From NCBI GenBank assembly GCA_000004695.1, contig CM000155.2, forward strand, positions 96,001 to 160,000: a stretch of DNA of 64,000 bases, in the 5' to 3' direction. The stretch is from Dictyostelium discoideum. Lineage: Eukaryota. Both the position numbers and the translations under genes were made by a program. Positions within the stretch are counted from its first letter, which is position 1. Each line of letters begins with the position of its first letter. The notes under the pieces were generated by a model. The model was not told the DNA's origin, did no database searches, and worked only from the letters and a program-made list of their open reading frames with translations. Shown piece after piece: positions 1-18,037 of this stretch.

Positions 1-1507
1 GCCATTTTCTAATATTTGATAAACTATATAAACTAATTGTATTATTAGTCATTGGGTCAAGTGTTAGAACAGCCTCTGATGAAATACCAAATAATTGTTG
101 ATGATTATGATGATTATGATTATTATTATTACCACTACTACTATTGCTACTACTACTACTACTACCATTACCACTACCACTACCATTACCACTACCACCA
201 CTACTACTTAAATTATTATTAACAATACTAGTTTGTCTATTTGTTACTTTAAAAAAAGTATATCCATAAGTTTTTAAAGATTTTGCTAATTGAATATAAT
301 TTAATTTTGCTTTTTGTTCAGACATACCAATTAAACGTTGATATTGAATTAGAATTTCCTTTAGGATATTCTTTTGGTTGATGAATTCCATCGGAAGGAA
401 ATCTCTTTGTCTAATTTGATCAATCTCTTTTGAACCATGAACATAATCACCAAAACAAATTTGACATTGTAATGCAGCAAATAGAATTGATTCAGTGGGC
501 GAGCATGGATGCGATGTATCGATGATTGCATCCAAACATTGACAGAATACAAAATGTAACATTTCGGCATCCATGCTGAAATCGATGATAATATCTTTGC
601 AAAAGAAGAATTGTCGTTTCAATAGGAATATGGTATAGAGTGGATCGATTCCTTGTTCTGGTAATGTTAAATCGGCCGATAACCAAATTCCCCTACCATC
701 ATCCTCCTCTTCACATTGTACTTTTAATGATAACTCCTCTGGATATTTCAATTGTAATTTCTTTGCCAATTCCATTGATATCTCTGACACTGTCTTACTC
801 TCGTCGAAAACAAATGTCTTTATTGTCTCATCCAACATTGTCGATTGATGTAATGGATGTACTACTCTTTCCCATGGACCAAAGAATCGAATCTTTAACA
901 CACTCTTACAGGTCTTAAACTCTAATGTCTCATTTGAATCAATTTCATAATATGCTAGTGTTTTATCCAATTGCAACCAACGTGCATTTCTAAATGATCC
1001 TGATTGTTGAAATAATCCATAATTTTCGATTGATCCCCATAAAATTTGTTTACTACTACTACTACTACTACTACTACCACAATTACTATTATTATTATTA
1101 TTAGTTGTTGTTGTTGTGGTGGTAATAATTGAACTATTATTATTTTGATTATTGTTATTTAAAGTTAATAATGATAATAAATTATTATTTGAAGAATTCT
1201 TTTGTTTTTCATTTTGTTCCATCTTTTCTTCATTAATAATTCTTTCATAAATTTGATGTATAATTTTATCGATAGTATTATAGATTGAGAATCTCATGGT
1301 GATCACTCTATTTTGTCTAACCAATTTAATCCTTATTGGTTTTGAAATCGTTTGTAGTGATAAATGATTTGGGGGTAATTTGTATACCATAAAATTTATT
1401 AATCTCTCTATCAATTGTGGTGGTATTTTTTGGAGTGCTTGGTTATTATATTCCATCCTCTCCATAATACTGATGAAACATAATTCAACCAATGATAATA
1501 CTGCCAT
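1..1507 (-). CDS. Talin/kindlin-type FERM domain protein, N-terminal ~502 aa (partial; CDS runs off the window start). Lobes F0-F1-F2-F3 with a PTB-like F3.
   Basis: ATG on the minus strand at 1507-1505, preceded by an in-frame TAA. Continuous minus-strand reading frame to position 1, with no stop in the window. Motifs: MAVLSL... start (cf. talin MVALSL), an F2 lobe (ESILFAALQCQICFGDYVHGSKEID...FLPMEF), the F2/F3 junction (KLNYIQLAKSLKTYGYTFFKV) and an F3 PTB-like stretch (LFGISSEAVLTLDPMTNNTISLYSLSNIRKW). A poly-N/S/T linker comes from (AAT)n/(AGT)n. Missing from the ORF track because there is no stop inside the window. Confidence 0.8.
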   Translation of the reverse strand, partial: MAVLSLVELCFISIMERMEYNNQALQKIPPQLIERLINFMVYKLPPNHLSLQTISKPIRIKLVRQNRVITMRFSIYNTIDKIIHQIYERIINEEKMEQNEKQKNSSNNNLLSLLTLNNNNQNNNSSIITTTTTTTNNNNNSNCGSSSSSSSSKQILWGSIENYGLFQQSGSFRNARWLQLDKTLAYYEIDSNETLEFKTCKSVLKIRFFGPWERVVHPLHQSTMLDETIKTFVFDESKTVSEISMELAKKLQLKYPEELSLKVQCEEEDDGRGIWLSADLTLPEQGIDPLYTIFLLKRQFFFCKDIIIDFSMDAEMLHFVFCQCLDAIIDTSHPCSPTESILFAALQCQICFGDYVHGSKEIDQIRQRDFLPMEFINQKNILKEILIQYQRLIGMSEQKAKLNYIQLAKSLKTYGYTFFKVTNRQTSIVNNNLSSSGGSGNGSGSGNGSSSSSSNSSSGNNNNHNHHNHQQLFGISSEAVLTLDPMTNNTISLYSLSNIRKW

Positions 1508-1514
1508 TTATTTA

Positions 1515-1561
<47 letters not shown>

Positions 1562-2811
1562 TTTCTTTTTATTATTATTATTGTTTATTATTATTTTATT
1601 ATTTTTTTTTTTTTTTTTTTGTTTCTTTCTTTTTATTATTATTATTATTATTATTATTGTTTATTATGTTTTTTTTTAAATTTTGTTCAGTGTTGTTTTT
1701 TTTTTTTTTTTTAAAAAAAAAAAACAAAAAAAAAATAAAAAAAAAAAAATAATAAAAATAAAAAAAAATAATATTTTTTAAAATATTAAAAAAAAAAAAA
1801 AAAACAATAAAATTCAAAGATAAATAGATATTTTGGGTATGTTCTATTTTTAAATTTTTATCCTAAATTTTTTATTTTAAAAATTTTTAAATTATTTATT
1901 TATGTGAATCCAAATTTAATTTTTGTACTCTCTCTTTAATTGTTAACACTACACAAACATTGACACAGGCACACACACAAAATAAAAAACCACCCCCTTA
2001 ATTTAATTTATTTTTATTATTATTATATTTTTTTTTTTTATTTTTTTATATTTATTTTTTTTTTATTTATTTCAACTTTTTTTTTTTTTTTTTTTTTTAA
2101 AAAAAATAATAATATTAGTGATAAAAATAATATACAATTAAAACTATTTTCCCAAATTTTTTTTTCCCCAAGGTACAAATTAATTTTATAATAACCCATT
2201 CAAAAAAAAAAAAAAAAAATTTATTTTTATTTTTATTTTTGTTTTTTTTTTTTTCTTTTTTTTTTTTTTCTTTTTTTTTCATTTTTATTTTAATTTTTTT
2301 TTTATTTATTTATTATTACTATTTTTTTTTTTTTATATACATCCTTCTTAAAACCATTTATTAGTAAGTATTTTATTTGGTTTTTTTTTTTTTTTTTTTT
2401 ATTTATTTTATTTTTTTTATTTTTTTTTTCTCTATATAGGATTTGTAATCTTTTTTTAATCACTTTTTTATACAAGGGTAAAAAAAAAAAAAAAAACGAT
2501 GGGGAGCCACCTTTTGATTCAAAAAAATAAAAAAAAAAAAAAAAAAGAAAAATTATTTTTTAAAAAAAAATTAAATTTTTTTTTTTTTTTTTAATTTTTT
2601 TTTTTTTTTTCCAACCAAAAATTTTTTTCATCACAAAAATTTTTTTTTTTTATTTTTTATTTTTATACACACATATATATATAACACTTTGTTGTTTTTA
2701 TTTATTTATTTAATAACCATCACCCAACCAAATTGTAATTTAATACATTCAACTAATTAAATAATTTTTTTTAATTACATATTATATTTTTTAAATTATT
2801 ATAAAAATAAG

Positions 2812-2846
<35 letters not shown>

Positions 2847-2913
2847 ATCTATTTTCAAAAAACTTTCAAAACTCAATAAAACTAAATAAAAGGAAATATA
2901 TATTATAAACAAG
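1508..2913. promoter_or_regulatory. Divergent intergenic/promoter region between the FERM gene (minus) and rapA (plus). Extremely AT-rich with very long poly(T) then poly(A) runs.
   Basis: No ORF with sensible composition. The listed ORFs at 1380-1817 are poly-F/poly-K artefacts of homopolymer runs. Both flanking genes start codon-outward from this region. Confidence 0.4.
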
Positions 2914-3176
2914 ATGCCTCTTAGAGAATTCAAAATCGTCGTTTTAGGTTCAGGTGGTGTAGGTAAATCTGCTTTGACTGTGCAATTTGTTCAAGGTATT
3001 TTTGTTGAAAAGTACGATCCAACCATCGAAGATTCCTACAGAAAACAAGTCGAAGTTGATAGCAATCAATGCATGTTAGAAATTTTAGATACAGGTAAGT
3101 TTAAATTTTACTGTTATAAAGTGAACATAAAATCATTTGATTTTTTAATAATGAAGAAAAAAAAAAAAAAAAAAAT

Positions 3177-3217
<41 letters not shown>

Positions 3218-3707
3218 CAAAATTTTTTTTAAAGTGGTTAATTAATTTAACTATAACTCAATATTTATTCCTTTACTAATTTATTTATTATTTTTATATA
3301 TATTTTTTTTTTTAAAAAAATTATTAGCTGGTACTGAACAATTTACTGCAATGAGAGATCTTTACATGAAAAATGGTCAAGGTTTTGTTTTAGTATATTC
3401 AATCATTTCAAACTCCACTTTTAACGAGTTACCAGATCTCCGTGAACAAATTCTCAGAGTTAAGGATTGTGAAGATGTTCCAATGGTTCTTGTTGGTAAC
3501 AAATGCGATCTCCACGACCAACGTGTTATTAGCACAGAACAAGGTGAAGAACTCGCTCGTAAATTTGGTGATTGTTACTTTTTAGAAGCATCTGCCAAGA
3601 ATAAAGTTAATGTTGAACAAATTTTCTATAACTTAATCCGTCAAATCAACCGTAAAAACCCAGTTGGTCCACCAAGCAAAGCTAAATCAAAATGTGCTTT
3701 ATTGTAA
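2914..3707 (+). CDS. rapA: Ras-related small GTPase Rap1, 186 aa. Two exons: 2914..3094 and 3328..3707 (intron GTAAGT...TTATTAG, split codon g|ct = Ala).
   Basis: Full match to the Rap1 family: GSGGVGKS P-loop, effector loop [15 protein letters not shown] regenerated across the splice, NKCDL, SAK and a C-terminal CAAX box (CALL, geranylgeranyl type). The sequence reads like the known Dictyostelium Rap1 end to end. Confidence 0.95.
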
Positions 3708-4036
3708 ACAATCCATCAACTCTCCAACACCCTTCCATACTCACCCACCCATTTCAAATGTAACAATTGAAAAACAGAAAAAAAAAAAAAAAAAAACAGG
3801 AAAAAAAAAAAAACACTTTTTTAAAAAAAAAAAAAAAAATAATAATAATAATAATAATAACCAGTAATATAGTAAATATATATCGTAAAGATACCAAAAT
3901 ATGTAATAAATAAATTTTTTTGTTTTTTTTTTAAAAAAAAATTAAAATTTTGAGCAAAACATACTTGTTTATTATAAACCTAATTCTATTTTTATATGTA
4001 TATATATATATTTTTTTTTTAAAACTGACAACAAAC

Positions 4037-4070
<34 letters not shown>

Positions 4071-4152
4071 TTTTCTTTTTTTTTTTTTTTTAATTATTAT
4101 TTTTTTTTAATACATACATTTTTATTTTATATATATTTTAAATATAAGAAAG

Positions 4153-4812
4153 ATGGAAGAGGAATTTGAAGAAGATACAACTTCCAAAGAAATTAAAAGG
4201 GATTATTTATGTACAGTACGACAACTATTTGATAAGGAGTATATGGATTTAGAGGTATTATTTGAAGGACTTGTGCTAAATGATCGACCTAAAGGTTGTA
4301 TTTTCAAGACTCAACAACTTAAAATGCTAAATGATATGGATCAACTTAAATATTATAATAATAGAATGAGAGTTATAGAGAAAATGTTAACAAAATACAA
4401 CAAAAACATTGTTGATGATCAATTTTGTTTAGACAACATTAAAGATTTAAAATTAACAAATTTAAAATTAGAGTTTGGTTATAATATTGCCATCTTAACA
4501 CCAAATAGAGATGATTATGTCATTACAATTGATGAAATTGCTTCACTAACAAATTGTTTTACAATTTATTCAAATAATGTAATCATTAAAATGTTTATTG
4601 TATTAGAACATTTTATATATTATTTTGATAAATCAATGCCATCTTTAATTAATCACAAAGAATTTATAAGGTTTTTATCAAATATTTGGTTTGATAATTC
4701 ACCTTTAATACGTTCAACATTATTTTTTTATATATATTATTATGAATATAAATTAAATTTGTTTTTACTTTATTTTAATATATTTAGTGATCATAAAAGG
4801 GTAATTATTTAA

Positions 4813-4902
<90 letters not shown>

Positions 4903-6198
4903 TTTTTTTAAATCCAAAAACATGTTAATAATTTTTTTTTTTTTTTTTTTTTTTAAAATGGGAAATAAAGTTAACGCAATTTTTTGAATTGGACAATGGT
5001 TTCAAAGAAATGGAATATTTGGTAAAGTTAACATTTTGTTCTTTAAATGGTCAACTAGAAGAGGATGAATTTTTAATGAATTTATTATCATGTAGACCAA
5101 AATATAATTCTCAATTCCATCTAACCACCATTTTAAAAGATAATTTACAATTTGGTGGATGCAATAACGGTGCTATAAAAAATGATTCATTATTTTCTTT
5201 TTATTTTTCAGAAATAATTAATTTTGAGAAATTTTATTTGTAAGTAGTTTTTTTTTTATTATTTATTTCTTTTTTTCAATATTTACTATGGTTACTAATT
5301 ATTATTATTGAAATTATTATTGTTTATTACTTATAAAAGGCCATTAATAAAAAAACAAAATTTACAATTACCAAATGATAATGATGAAATTAAAATAGCA
5401 ATAAAAAATTTAAATGATGTTATTTTATTAAATATTTTCAAGTATTTAATATTGATCAAGGGTGAAACGAATGAAAATGATGAAGATGAAAATATTTATA
5501 AAAAAAAGTATTATGGTTTTAAAAATGGAATAGATATTGTCAATGTTTCAATGGTTTCAAATAGATTTTTTAAGTTAATGAAAACTGCACTATCATTAAT
5601 TGATTGGAGTCAATATGACAATATAGAATTATTAAAGAGTGAGGTCGATTATGATTGTGAAAAATGTTTAATTAAAGAGCCACCATCCTTCACAAAGTAT
5701 CATATATTATTAAGAACAACCAGTGGCACTTTATTTAAACGAGTTTCTCAATCAATTGAAACATTGGTAATTGATACAATTGGGGTATGCCCACGCAATT
5801 TTTTTCTTTTTATAGTGGATTCTTGTAATATTGCCCCTCCATTTGGTTCATTTGAAAATCTAAAATCTTTGGTTATTATTGGTAGAGTATCTGTAATGGG
5901 AAGCCAAATTAGTTGTGGTGTATTTGGTTTACCCATCCAATATATAATACTTAATGGAAATGCCAAACTGGTCAACTTTACTTTGGTAGATAAAGTTAAT
6001 GCTGAATCTTCTTATGATATCGATTTCATTAAACAACTTTTAAACTGCCATAAAAATACCTTAAAATCATTTAATTTGGTTTGTAATAGTATGAAATCAA
6101 AATATCACATGGATAAAATTATTAAATTAATTCATGCCATACCCACAATTAAATTAACTCTTTATAAAGGTAATAAAATAGTAGAAAAATTGATGTAA
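4153..6198 (+). CDS. Hypothetical protein (~591 aa) with an F-box-like motif and LRR-like C-terminal region. Proposed exons 4153..4800, 4971..5239, 5340..6198.
   Basis: Three same-strand ORFs join in frame through GT...AG introns (donors gtaatt at 4801 and gtaagt at 5240; acceptors aaataaag|4971 and ttataaaag|5340). Total 1776 nt = 592 codons. Intron 1 is almost entirely a (TTA)n microsatellite. The motif DVILLNIFKYLIL resembles an F-box. No strong homology recognised. Confidence 0.5.
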
Positions 6199-6438
6199 AA
6201 TAAAATAAAGATAAAGTTTGTTATTATTATTATTATTATTAGATTATTTTTTATTTGTAATTATTTTTTAAATAATTTTTTTTTTTTTTAATTTTTTTTT
6301 TTTTTTAAAAGGTGTATCATGTGATTTGAAAATAGTTGCTAACGTTTCGTTTTTGTTTTTTTTTTTTTTTTTTTTTTGGTTGTTCTTTGTTTTTTTATAT
6401 ATATATATATATATGTATGTATTTTTTATTTTTTATTT

Positions 6439-9116
6439 TTAAAGGTCATTCATTTCCAAATTGACATCATTTGGTCTAACCATACCTGGAATCATTGATT
6501 GTTTCTTTAAGGCTAAAGCTTTTTCAATATTTTTCTCATCAGAGTAAAGGTCAGCATTTTCATGACTCTTCCATTCTTTGAGGGTAATAAGGAAATCACG
6601 AGTTGCAGATTTGAAATCATTGTTGTTAATGTTGGCGAGATTAAAGAGACGAGTGACGAAAGCCTGGATTTGTGGTCTTGAGACATTTGGAGAAGCTGAA
6701 AGGAAAGTGACAACGATTTCTTTGACATATTCAGAGTTTGAAGGGAAGTTTGCTTGTTGTGGATCAAAGAGTGGAATTTTAACAACACCATTCTCAACGA
6801 CTTGGAACATCATTCTTAAGATATCACATTCTAAAGCAAAGCCACTCTTGTGGAAAGAATCTGTTAAGATGTATAGAATATCATTCAACAAAGAAACGAG
6901 ATAAGTCTTAAAGAATACATTGGCAACATCAGAGTTCTTTGAGACGTTTTCAATCAATTCTTTCAAAATATGAAGACCAGTTTCACTGATATTTCTTTCG
7001 GTATGTTTGAAAGCCCAAACGACACAATCAATCAATAGTTTGAATTGTTGTGGATGAAGATTGTGGAAAACGGTGAAAGCATTTGAATTGATTGCTCTGA
7101 TGAGATTGAAGAAATTGATACGATGATATGGATAATCTTCAAAGTTTTTGGTGATCATTGATAATGTGGTTTCAAAGACGGCCTCTAAAATCTTTGGTAC
7201 CTCTGGGTGAACCAATTGTTTGAGTGATGTGATGATAGCGGTCATCAATGAGAGAACCTCTGGATCTCTAGTCTCTGGAATGTTGGTTCTATAGTCACCC
7301 AAAACGGCCTCTAACAATGGTTGAAGGAAATTAGAGTAGATAACTTGTTTATCGGAAGATTTCTCAATAAAGGTTTCCAAGAGTTTAAGAGTTTCCTTCT
7401 TTACGGATCTCATTGCTTGACCCAAAGTTTCACGATAGATATTTGGATTTCTAGAGATATGGTCACTATAGGTACGGTAGACATTGAGAAGGTCCAAGTA
7501 AATCTTTGAGATTTGAGTGATATAACAATTTTCGAGTGACATGGCAGCACGGTTATTGGTTTTAATGAGATTAAGGATATCACGAGCAACTTCAACAGTC
7601 AATAAAGATTCAACCTTTACACTAGCGGCACCCATAATTTGTAACCAAGAGTGATTTGGTAATTCCATGAATTTATTTACCAATTTCTCACGGAAAGCAG
7701 CATCGGAAGAAGAGGCAATCATATAACCAACGGCTTCATAAAAGGTATGAATTTGTGATTGTTCCAAATGAGCGATAGTGGTTGAGAGTTGATTGAGGAG
7801 TTCATTAATGAATGGTTGAGATTCTTCGACTTGGAGTACAACAAACTTTCTCTTACATTGTTTGGAGATCTTTAAAAAGGTATCACAAGCCATATCTTGT
7901 ACACCAGGATGAGATTCGTGCATAAATTCAAAGAGTTTATTGACAACGGTCTTTAAGAATTTCCAATGGTCTTTGAGGAATCTTGGATATTGACCAACGA
8001 TGTACATGATATCACTTGCGATGACGGCTTTGTTATCTTTACCTTTTTTATTTTGACAAAGTTCCAAAAGATCCTTGATAACGGTGACAAGGAATCTCTT
8101 TTCTTGTTCTTTGTTTTGAGCTCCACTAATGGAACCGATAGCCCAACATAAGGTATTGAGACGTTGGAAAGTGAATTCACGACCAGAGATTAAGGTTTGT
8201 AATTTCTCCAACATGATATGTTGAGTATTTTCAGAGTCGAGATGAGTTAAAAAGATAAGAGTTTCTCTCATTGATTCATAGAGTGTAAGAGAGTCTGTAT
8301 CTTTGGTGGTTTCACGAACGATATTACCATTTTCATCCTCTACCACAATGACTTCCTCTGGTTTAGCCATATGATCTATTAAAACGACACGAACTTTGCT
8401 AAGAACACTTTTGTAAAGTTGTAATCTTGGTGGAGTTGATAAGAGTGTGGTTGTAAAGGTGGCAATGTCAGAGTAAAGATTGGAGCTAAGGAAATTCCAA
8501 TATTCAAGACAAATCTTAAAAAGTTCCAACTCATCGATATTTGAAATGTTTACCAAAATCTCATGGGCCAATGTGAGGTATGGGATGTTTAAACTGTTTT
8601 CCATGATCTTGAGATGACTCTTAAAGAAACCAGTGAGGAACAAAGAGACCGTGTGAATAAAAGAACGTTCACCTTGATCACCATCTTCATAATCTTGTGG
8701 AATCTTTGATGGATCTGGTTTTATGAATTTAATTTGATTCATAAACTTATCAATGATAGCAATAAAGACGGCGTCATATTGTTGATTACCCAAATTAAGA
8801 TTACCAATCTCTGTGAGACATTTCAATGTACTATTTCTAAATAATGGCTCTGGGAAATATTTGTGAAGTAATAATTTAACCAACTTGGATGGTTCTGCAA
8901 TACCACCATTCACTTCAATGATATAATGTAATGGTACCCAATTAAGAAATCTTTGAAGAGTTTCCAATGTTGCTTTAATTAATGATGCTCTAGTTGCATT
9001 CTCCAAAATGTAAAAACAAAGATCATTAATTAATGAAAATTCTTTTTCAAATGTAATCTTTAATGTTTGAATTTTTGTTTGAGTCATTTGTTCTTCTGAA
9101 AAGTTAAAAATTTCTA

Positions 9117-9160
<44 letters not shown>

Positions 9161-9968
9161 TATATATATTAAATAAAAACAATATATTACAAAAATATTG
9201 TTTTAAATTTAAATTTACCTTCACTTAAAAGTCTTAAGATAACCATATTATTTTCACACAATGATTCATTAGTTTTACTACTGCTAATGATTTCTGGAAT
9301 GAATGTGCTCCAATTAGTGGTCCATTCTTGTTTTAAAATCTATTTTAGATATAAAAAAAATAAAAAAGATTAATATCTTAAATATATTTTTTTTAAATCG
9401 AGAAAAAAAAAAAAAAAAAAAAAAAAACCATTTTGTATAATTATTTTTACTTACTTGGACAAAAACCAAATTTAATTTGTTAACTAATAATTTCTCACGA
9501 GAACTAGTTTGTGGATCAGAGGAAAGACGAATAATGAGAGATACAATGTAGTTTTTGATACCTTCACATTGTTCACGTGGTAAACTCTTCCAACGGTATT
9601 TGATTAAAGAGTCCATGATGACCAAGGCAATAAATTTGGTTTGCACAATTTTTGAAGTTTCCAAAATTGTATCAACTTTTGACCAAGCGTCTGGATGCTC
9701 TTGAAATTTACCAAGTACCATTTGAGCTGCTTTAATCTATTTCATTTTAAATAAAAAATTTTTTATAAAATAAAATAAAATACATTAAAGTAAAATTAGT
9801 ATGTGTGTAAACAGTGGCAATATTATTTGTATATAAATATATAAATATTTTTTTTTTTTTTTTTCTTCTTACATCGTTCTTGTTACTTAGTGGATTATAA
9901 AGAACAGAAACAATTTGATCCAACAAATTGATATCTAAAGGCTCATTGAAGTTTAAAATATTCTCCAT
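6439..9968 (-). CDS. xpo1: Exportin-1 (CRM1/XPO1), ~1051 aa. Exons on the minus strand: 9968..9873, 9736..9455, 9339..9219, 9095..6439.
   Basis: N-terminus [14 protein letters not shown] (cf. human LDINLLDNVVNCLY) followed by the importin-beta N-terminal motif [42 protein letters not shown]. The conserved block [18 protein letters not shown] lies in the large 3' exon. Introns of 136, 115 and 123 nt with GTAAGA/GTAAGT/GTAAAT donors. Phases check out; 3156 nt total. Confidence 0.92.
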
Positions 9969-10231
9969 ATTTTTTTTTTTTTTCTTTTGGTGAATTCAAC
10001 TTATTTCTCTCGAAAAAAAAAAAAAAGACAATAATAATAATTATAATAAAAAGTAAAAAAAAAAAAAAAAAAGTAAAAACTTATATACAATGAAAATTAA
10101 ATTTAATATATTATTGATGATTTATAATATATAACAACAATAATTATTATTATTATTTTATTTATTTATTTGTTTTGTTTAAAATTTTTTTTTTTTTCTA
10201 CAAAGTTAGGTAAAAAAAAAAAAGATTTTGT

Positions 10232-10312
10232 GTGTGAAAAAGTAAAAGTAAAAGTAAAAGTAAAGTAAAGTAAAGTAAAAGTAAAGTAAAAGTAAAGTAA
10301 AAAGTAAAGTTA
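10232..10312. repeat. (GTAAA/GTAAAA)n minisatellite, ~15 units, in the xpo1 upstream intergenic region.
   Basis: Direct reading: gtaaaagtaaaagtaaaagtaaagtaaagtaaagtaaaagtaaagtaaaagtaaagtaaaaagtaaag. Confidence 0.9.
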
Positions 10313-10747
10313 TCAAGTAAAAAAGTTAAATAAATAAGTTTATTTATTTAATCTTTTATTTTTTAAAGTCAAGTGGTTTTGTTGTGAAGAAGAAAAAAAA
10401 AAGAAAAAAAAAAAAAAATTTTGTTTGGGTATTTTTTTTTTTTTTTTAAAAATAAAAAATTAAAAAAAAAATTAAAAAAAAAATTAAAAAAAAAAAAATA
10501 ATTAAAAATAAATAAAATAATTCCCGCTCAAAAACAGGTGTCATAAAAAAATAAAAAAAAAAAACCCAAAAAATAATTAATAAATTTTATTTTTTTTTTT
10601 TATTTTTTTTTTTTTTAAAATTTTTTTTTTTTTAATTTTTTTTTTTTTAATTTTTTATTTTATTATTATTGAACAATTAAAAAAAATTATTTTCCAATAA
10701 ATAATAATTTTTTGTATAAATGGAATAATTTTTATTGTTCCCTTTTC

Positions 10748-10786
<39 letters not shown>

Positions 10787-10955
10787 AAAAAAAAAAAAAA
10801 AAACCTAAAAAAAAAAAAAAAAATTAGTAACAAAGTTATAGAAAAAGGATATTTTTTTATTTTATTATTTTTATTATTTTTATTATTTTTACTATTTTTT
10901 ATTATTTATATTATTATTTTGAACGATGAGTTAAAATTATTTCCAATAAATCGGA

Positions 10956-10992
<37 letters not shown>

Positions 10993-11009
10993 GATATGTA
11001 ATAAGAAAA

Positions 11010-16507
<5,498 letters not shown>

Positions 16508-16531
16508 TTTATTTTTATTTTATTTTTTAAC

Positions 16532-16563
<32 letters not shown>

Positions 16564-16762
16564 ATGAAGTGATATACCCTTATTCGATTTCTGAAAATTG
16601 TCGATAATGATTTTTTTTTTTTTAAAAAATAAAATATTTTTTTTTATAAAAAATTTTTTTATTTTTTTTTTCATTTAAAATTTTTTTTTATTTTCGTTTT
16701 TCGTCAAAAAAAAAAAAAAAAAAAAAAAAATAGAAAAGTCAAAATAAAGAAAAAGTCAAAAT

Positions 16763-17905
16763 ATGGAAAATAATAATAATAATAATAATAATAATAATTT
16801 AAATAATATAAGTATAGAAATATTTTCACCGCAAAAAAGGTTACCATTAAAACATACAATATCACAGACAACTAAAAATGATAATAAAATAAAAAAAGAG
16901 AGTAATTTAAAGAGTGAACAAAATGATAAAGATATGTTAAATGTTGATGAAATAAAACAAGAAGATGGAGTAGATGGTGATGATGATGATGAAATGGATA
17001 ATGAATTATTTCAAAGTAAAAAATTAGTAATTACAGGTCAAACAATATCAAGAGAAGGTGAATATTTAAAAGGACATGGCACATTTAACGATGGCAGTGG
17101 TAGTTTAGTAGCATCAGTTTGTGGTACATTAGATAAAGTCGACAGATTGGTGTCTGTAAAAGCATTGAAATCGCGTTACCACGGCGAAGTGGGCGACATC
17201 ATCGTAGGTAGAATCACAGAGATCACATCAAAGCGTTGGAAAGTCGACGTAAACTCACGTTTGGATTACATTCTAATGTTGTCAGCCATCAATTTGCCAG
17301 GCGGCATTCAAAGACGTCGTACATCAGCCGACGAGCTACAAATGAGATCCTTCTTTGTTGAGAATGATTTAGTTTATGCAGAGGTTCAAATGGTGATGGG
17401 CGATGGTTCGGTGGCAATTCACACTCGTAATCAAAAGTATGGTAAATTGCAAAATGGCCATTTCACAAAGGTCATCCCATCATTGATTAAACGTTCCAAA
17501 CAACATTTCTATAATTTAGAATGTGGTGTAGATGTAATTTTAGGTGTCAATGGCTATATTTGGATTGCAGATTCTGAGCAACAAAAAAATCAACAACAGT
17601 TCATTCAAAAACATGAAAAAGAACCAACTTTCGATCCAAGTATCCCTTTGATAATACCCGATGAAATTAAACAAGTCTCAAAGGAATCAAGAGATCGTAT
17701 TGCTCGTGTAAAAAATTCAATCTCTCTCTTGGAGAAAGGTTTCCTCTTAATTCATCAAAAATCAATTATGAACGTTTATAAATTATCTTTAAAAATGAAA
17801 TTACAATCAAAAGATTTATTACACCCACAATATATTAAACAAATTTTAACTGTTTTATCGACAACTGATTATGATAATGATGATAATAATGAAAATGATC
17901 AATAA
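16763..17905 (+). CDS. Exosome complex component RRP4 (EXOSC2 homologue), 380 aa, single exon.
   Basis: S1 and KH region: GDIIVGRITEITSKRWKVDVNSRLDYILMLSAINLPGGIQRRRTSADELQMRSFFVENDLVYAEVQ...HTRNQKYGKLQNGHFTKVIPSLIKRSKQHF...GVDVILGVNGYIWI, collinear with Rrp4. N-terminal poly-N and an acidic stretch. Shares a 255-bp bidirectional promoter with the large minus-strand gene. Confidence 0.9.
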   Translation: MENNNNNNNNNNLNNISIEIFSPQKRLPLKHTISQTTKNDNKIKKESNLKSEQNDKDMLNVDEIKQEDGVDGDDDDEMDNELFQSKKLVITGQTISREGEYLKGHGTFNDGSGSLVASVCGTLDKVDRLVSVKALKSRYHGEVGDIIVGRITEITSKRWKVDVNSRLDYILMLSAINLPGGIQRRRTSADELQMRSFFVENDLVYAEVQMVMGDGSVAIHTRNQKYGKLQNGHFTKVIPSLIKRSKQHFYNLECGVDVILGVNGYIWIADSEQQKNQQQFIQKHEKEPTFDPSIPLIIPDEIKQVSKESRDRIARVKNSISLLEKGFLLIHQKSIMNVYKLSLKMKLQSKDLLHPQYIKQILTVLSTTDYDNDDNNENDQ

Positions 17906-18037
17906 AATAAAATAAATAAAATAAATAATTTTTTTTAAAAAAAAAAAAAAAAAAAAAAACACTATAATTATTAGTTTGTTTTAAATTATAATATTTATAT
18001 TTTTGTTTATATAGGATCGCAATCTCTTTTATTATTA

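Noticed and set aside
1380-1817. Track ORFs encoding poly-F / poly-K / poly-L peptides
   Set aside because: Pure translation of poly(T)/poly(A) intergenic homopolymers between the FERM gene and rapA. No coding composition.
6513-8180. Several 60-110-aa ORFs on both strands inside the exportin-1 exon (6513..6797 -, 6578..6904 +, 7321..7509 +, 7410..7595 -, 7953..8180 -, 7966..8151 +)
   Set aside because: Alternate-frame or antisense ORFs nested in a strongly supported conserved CDS. No motifs.
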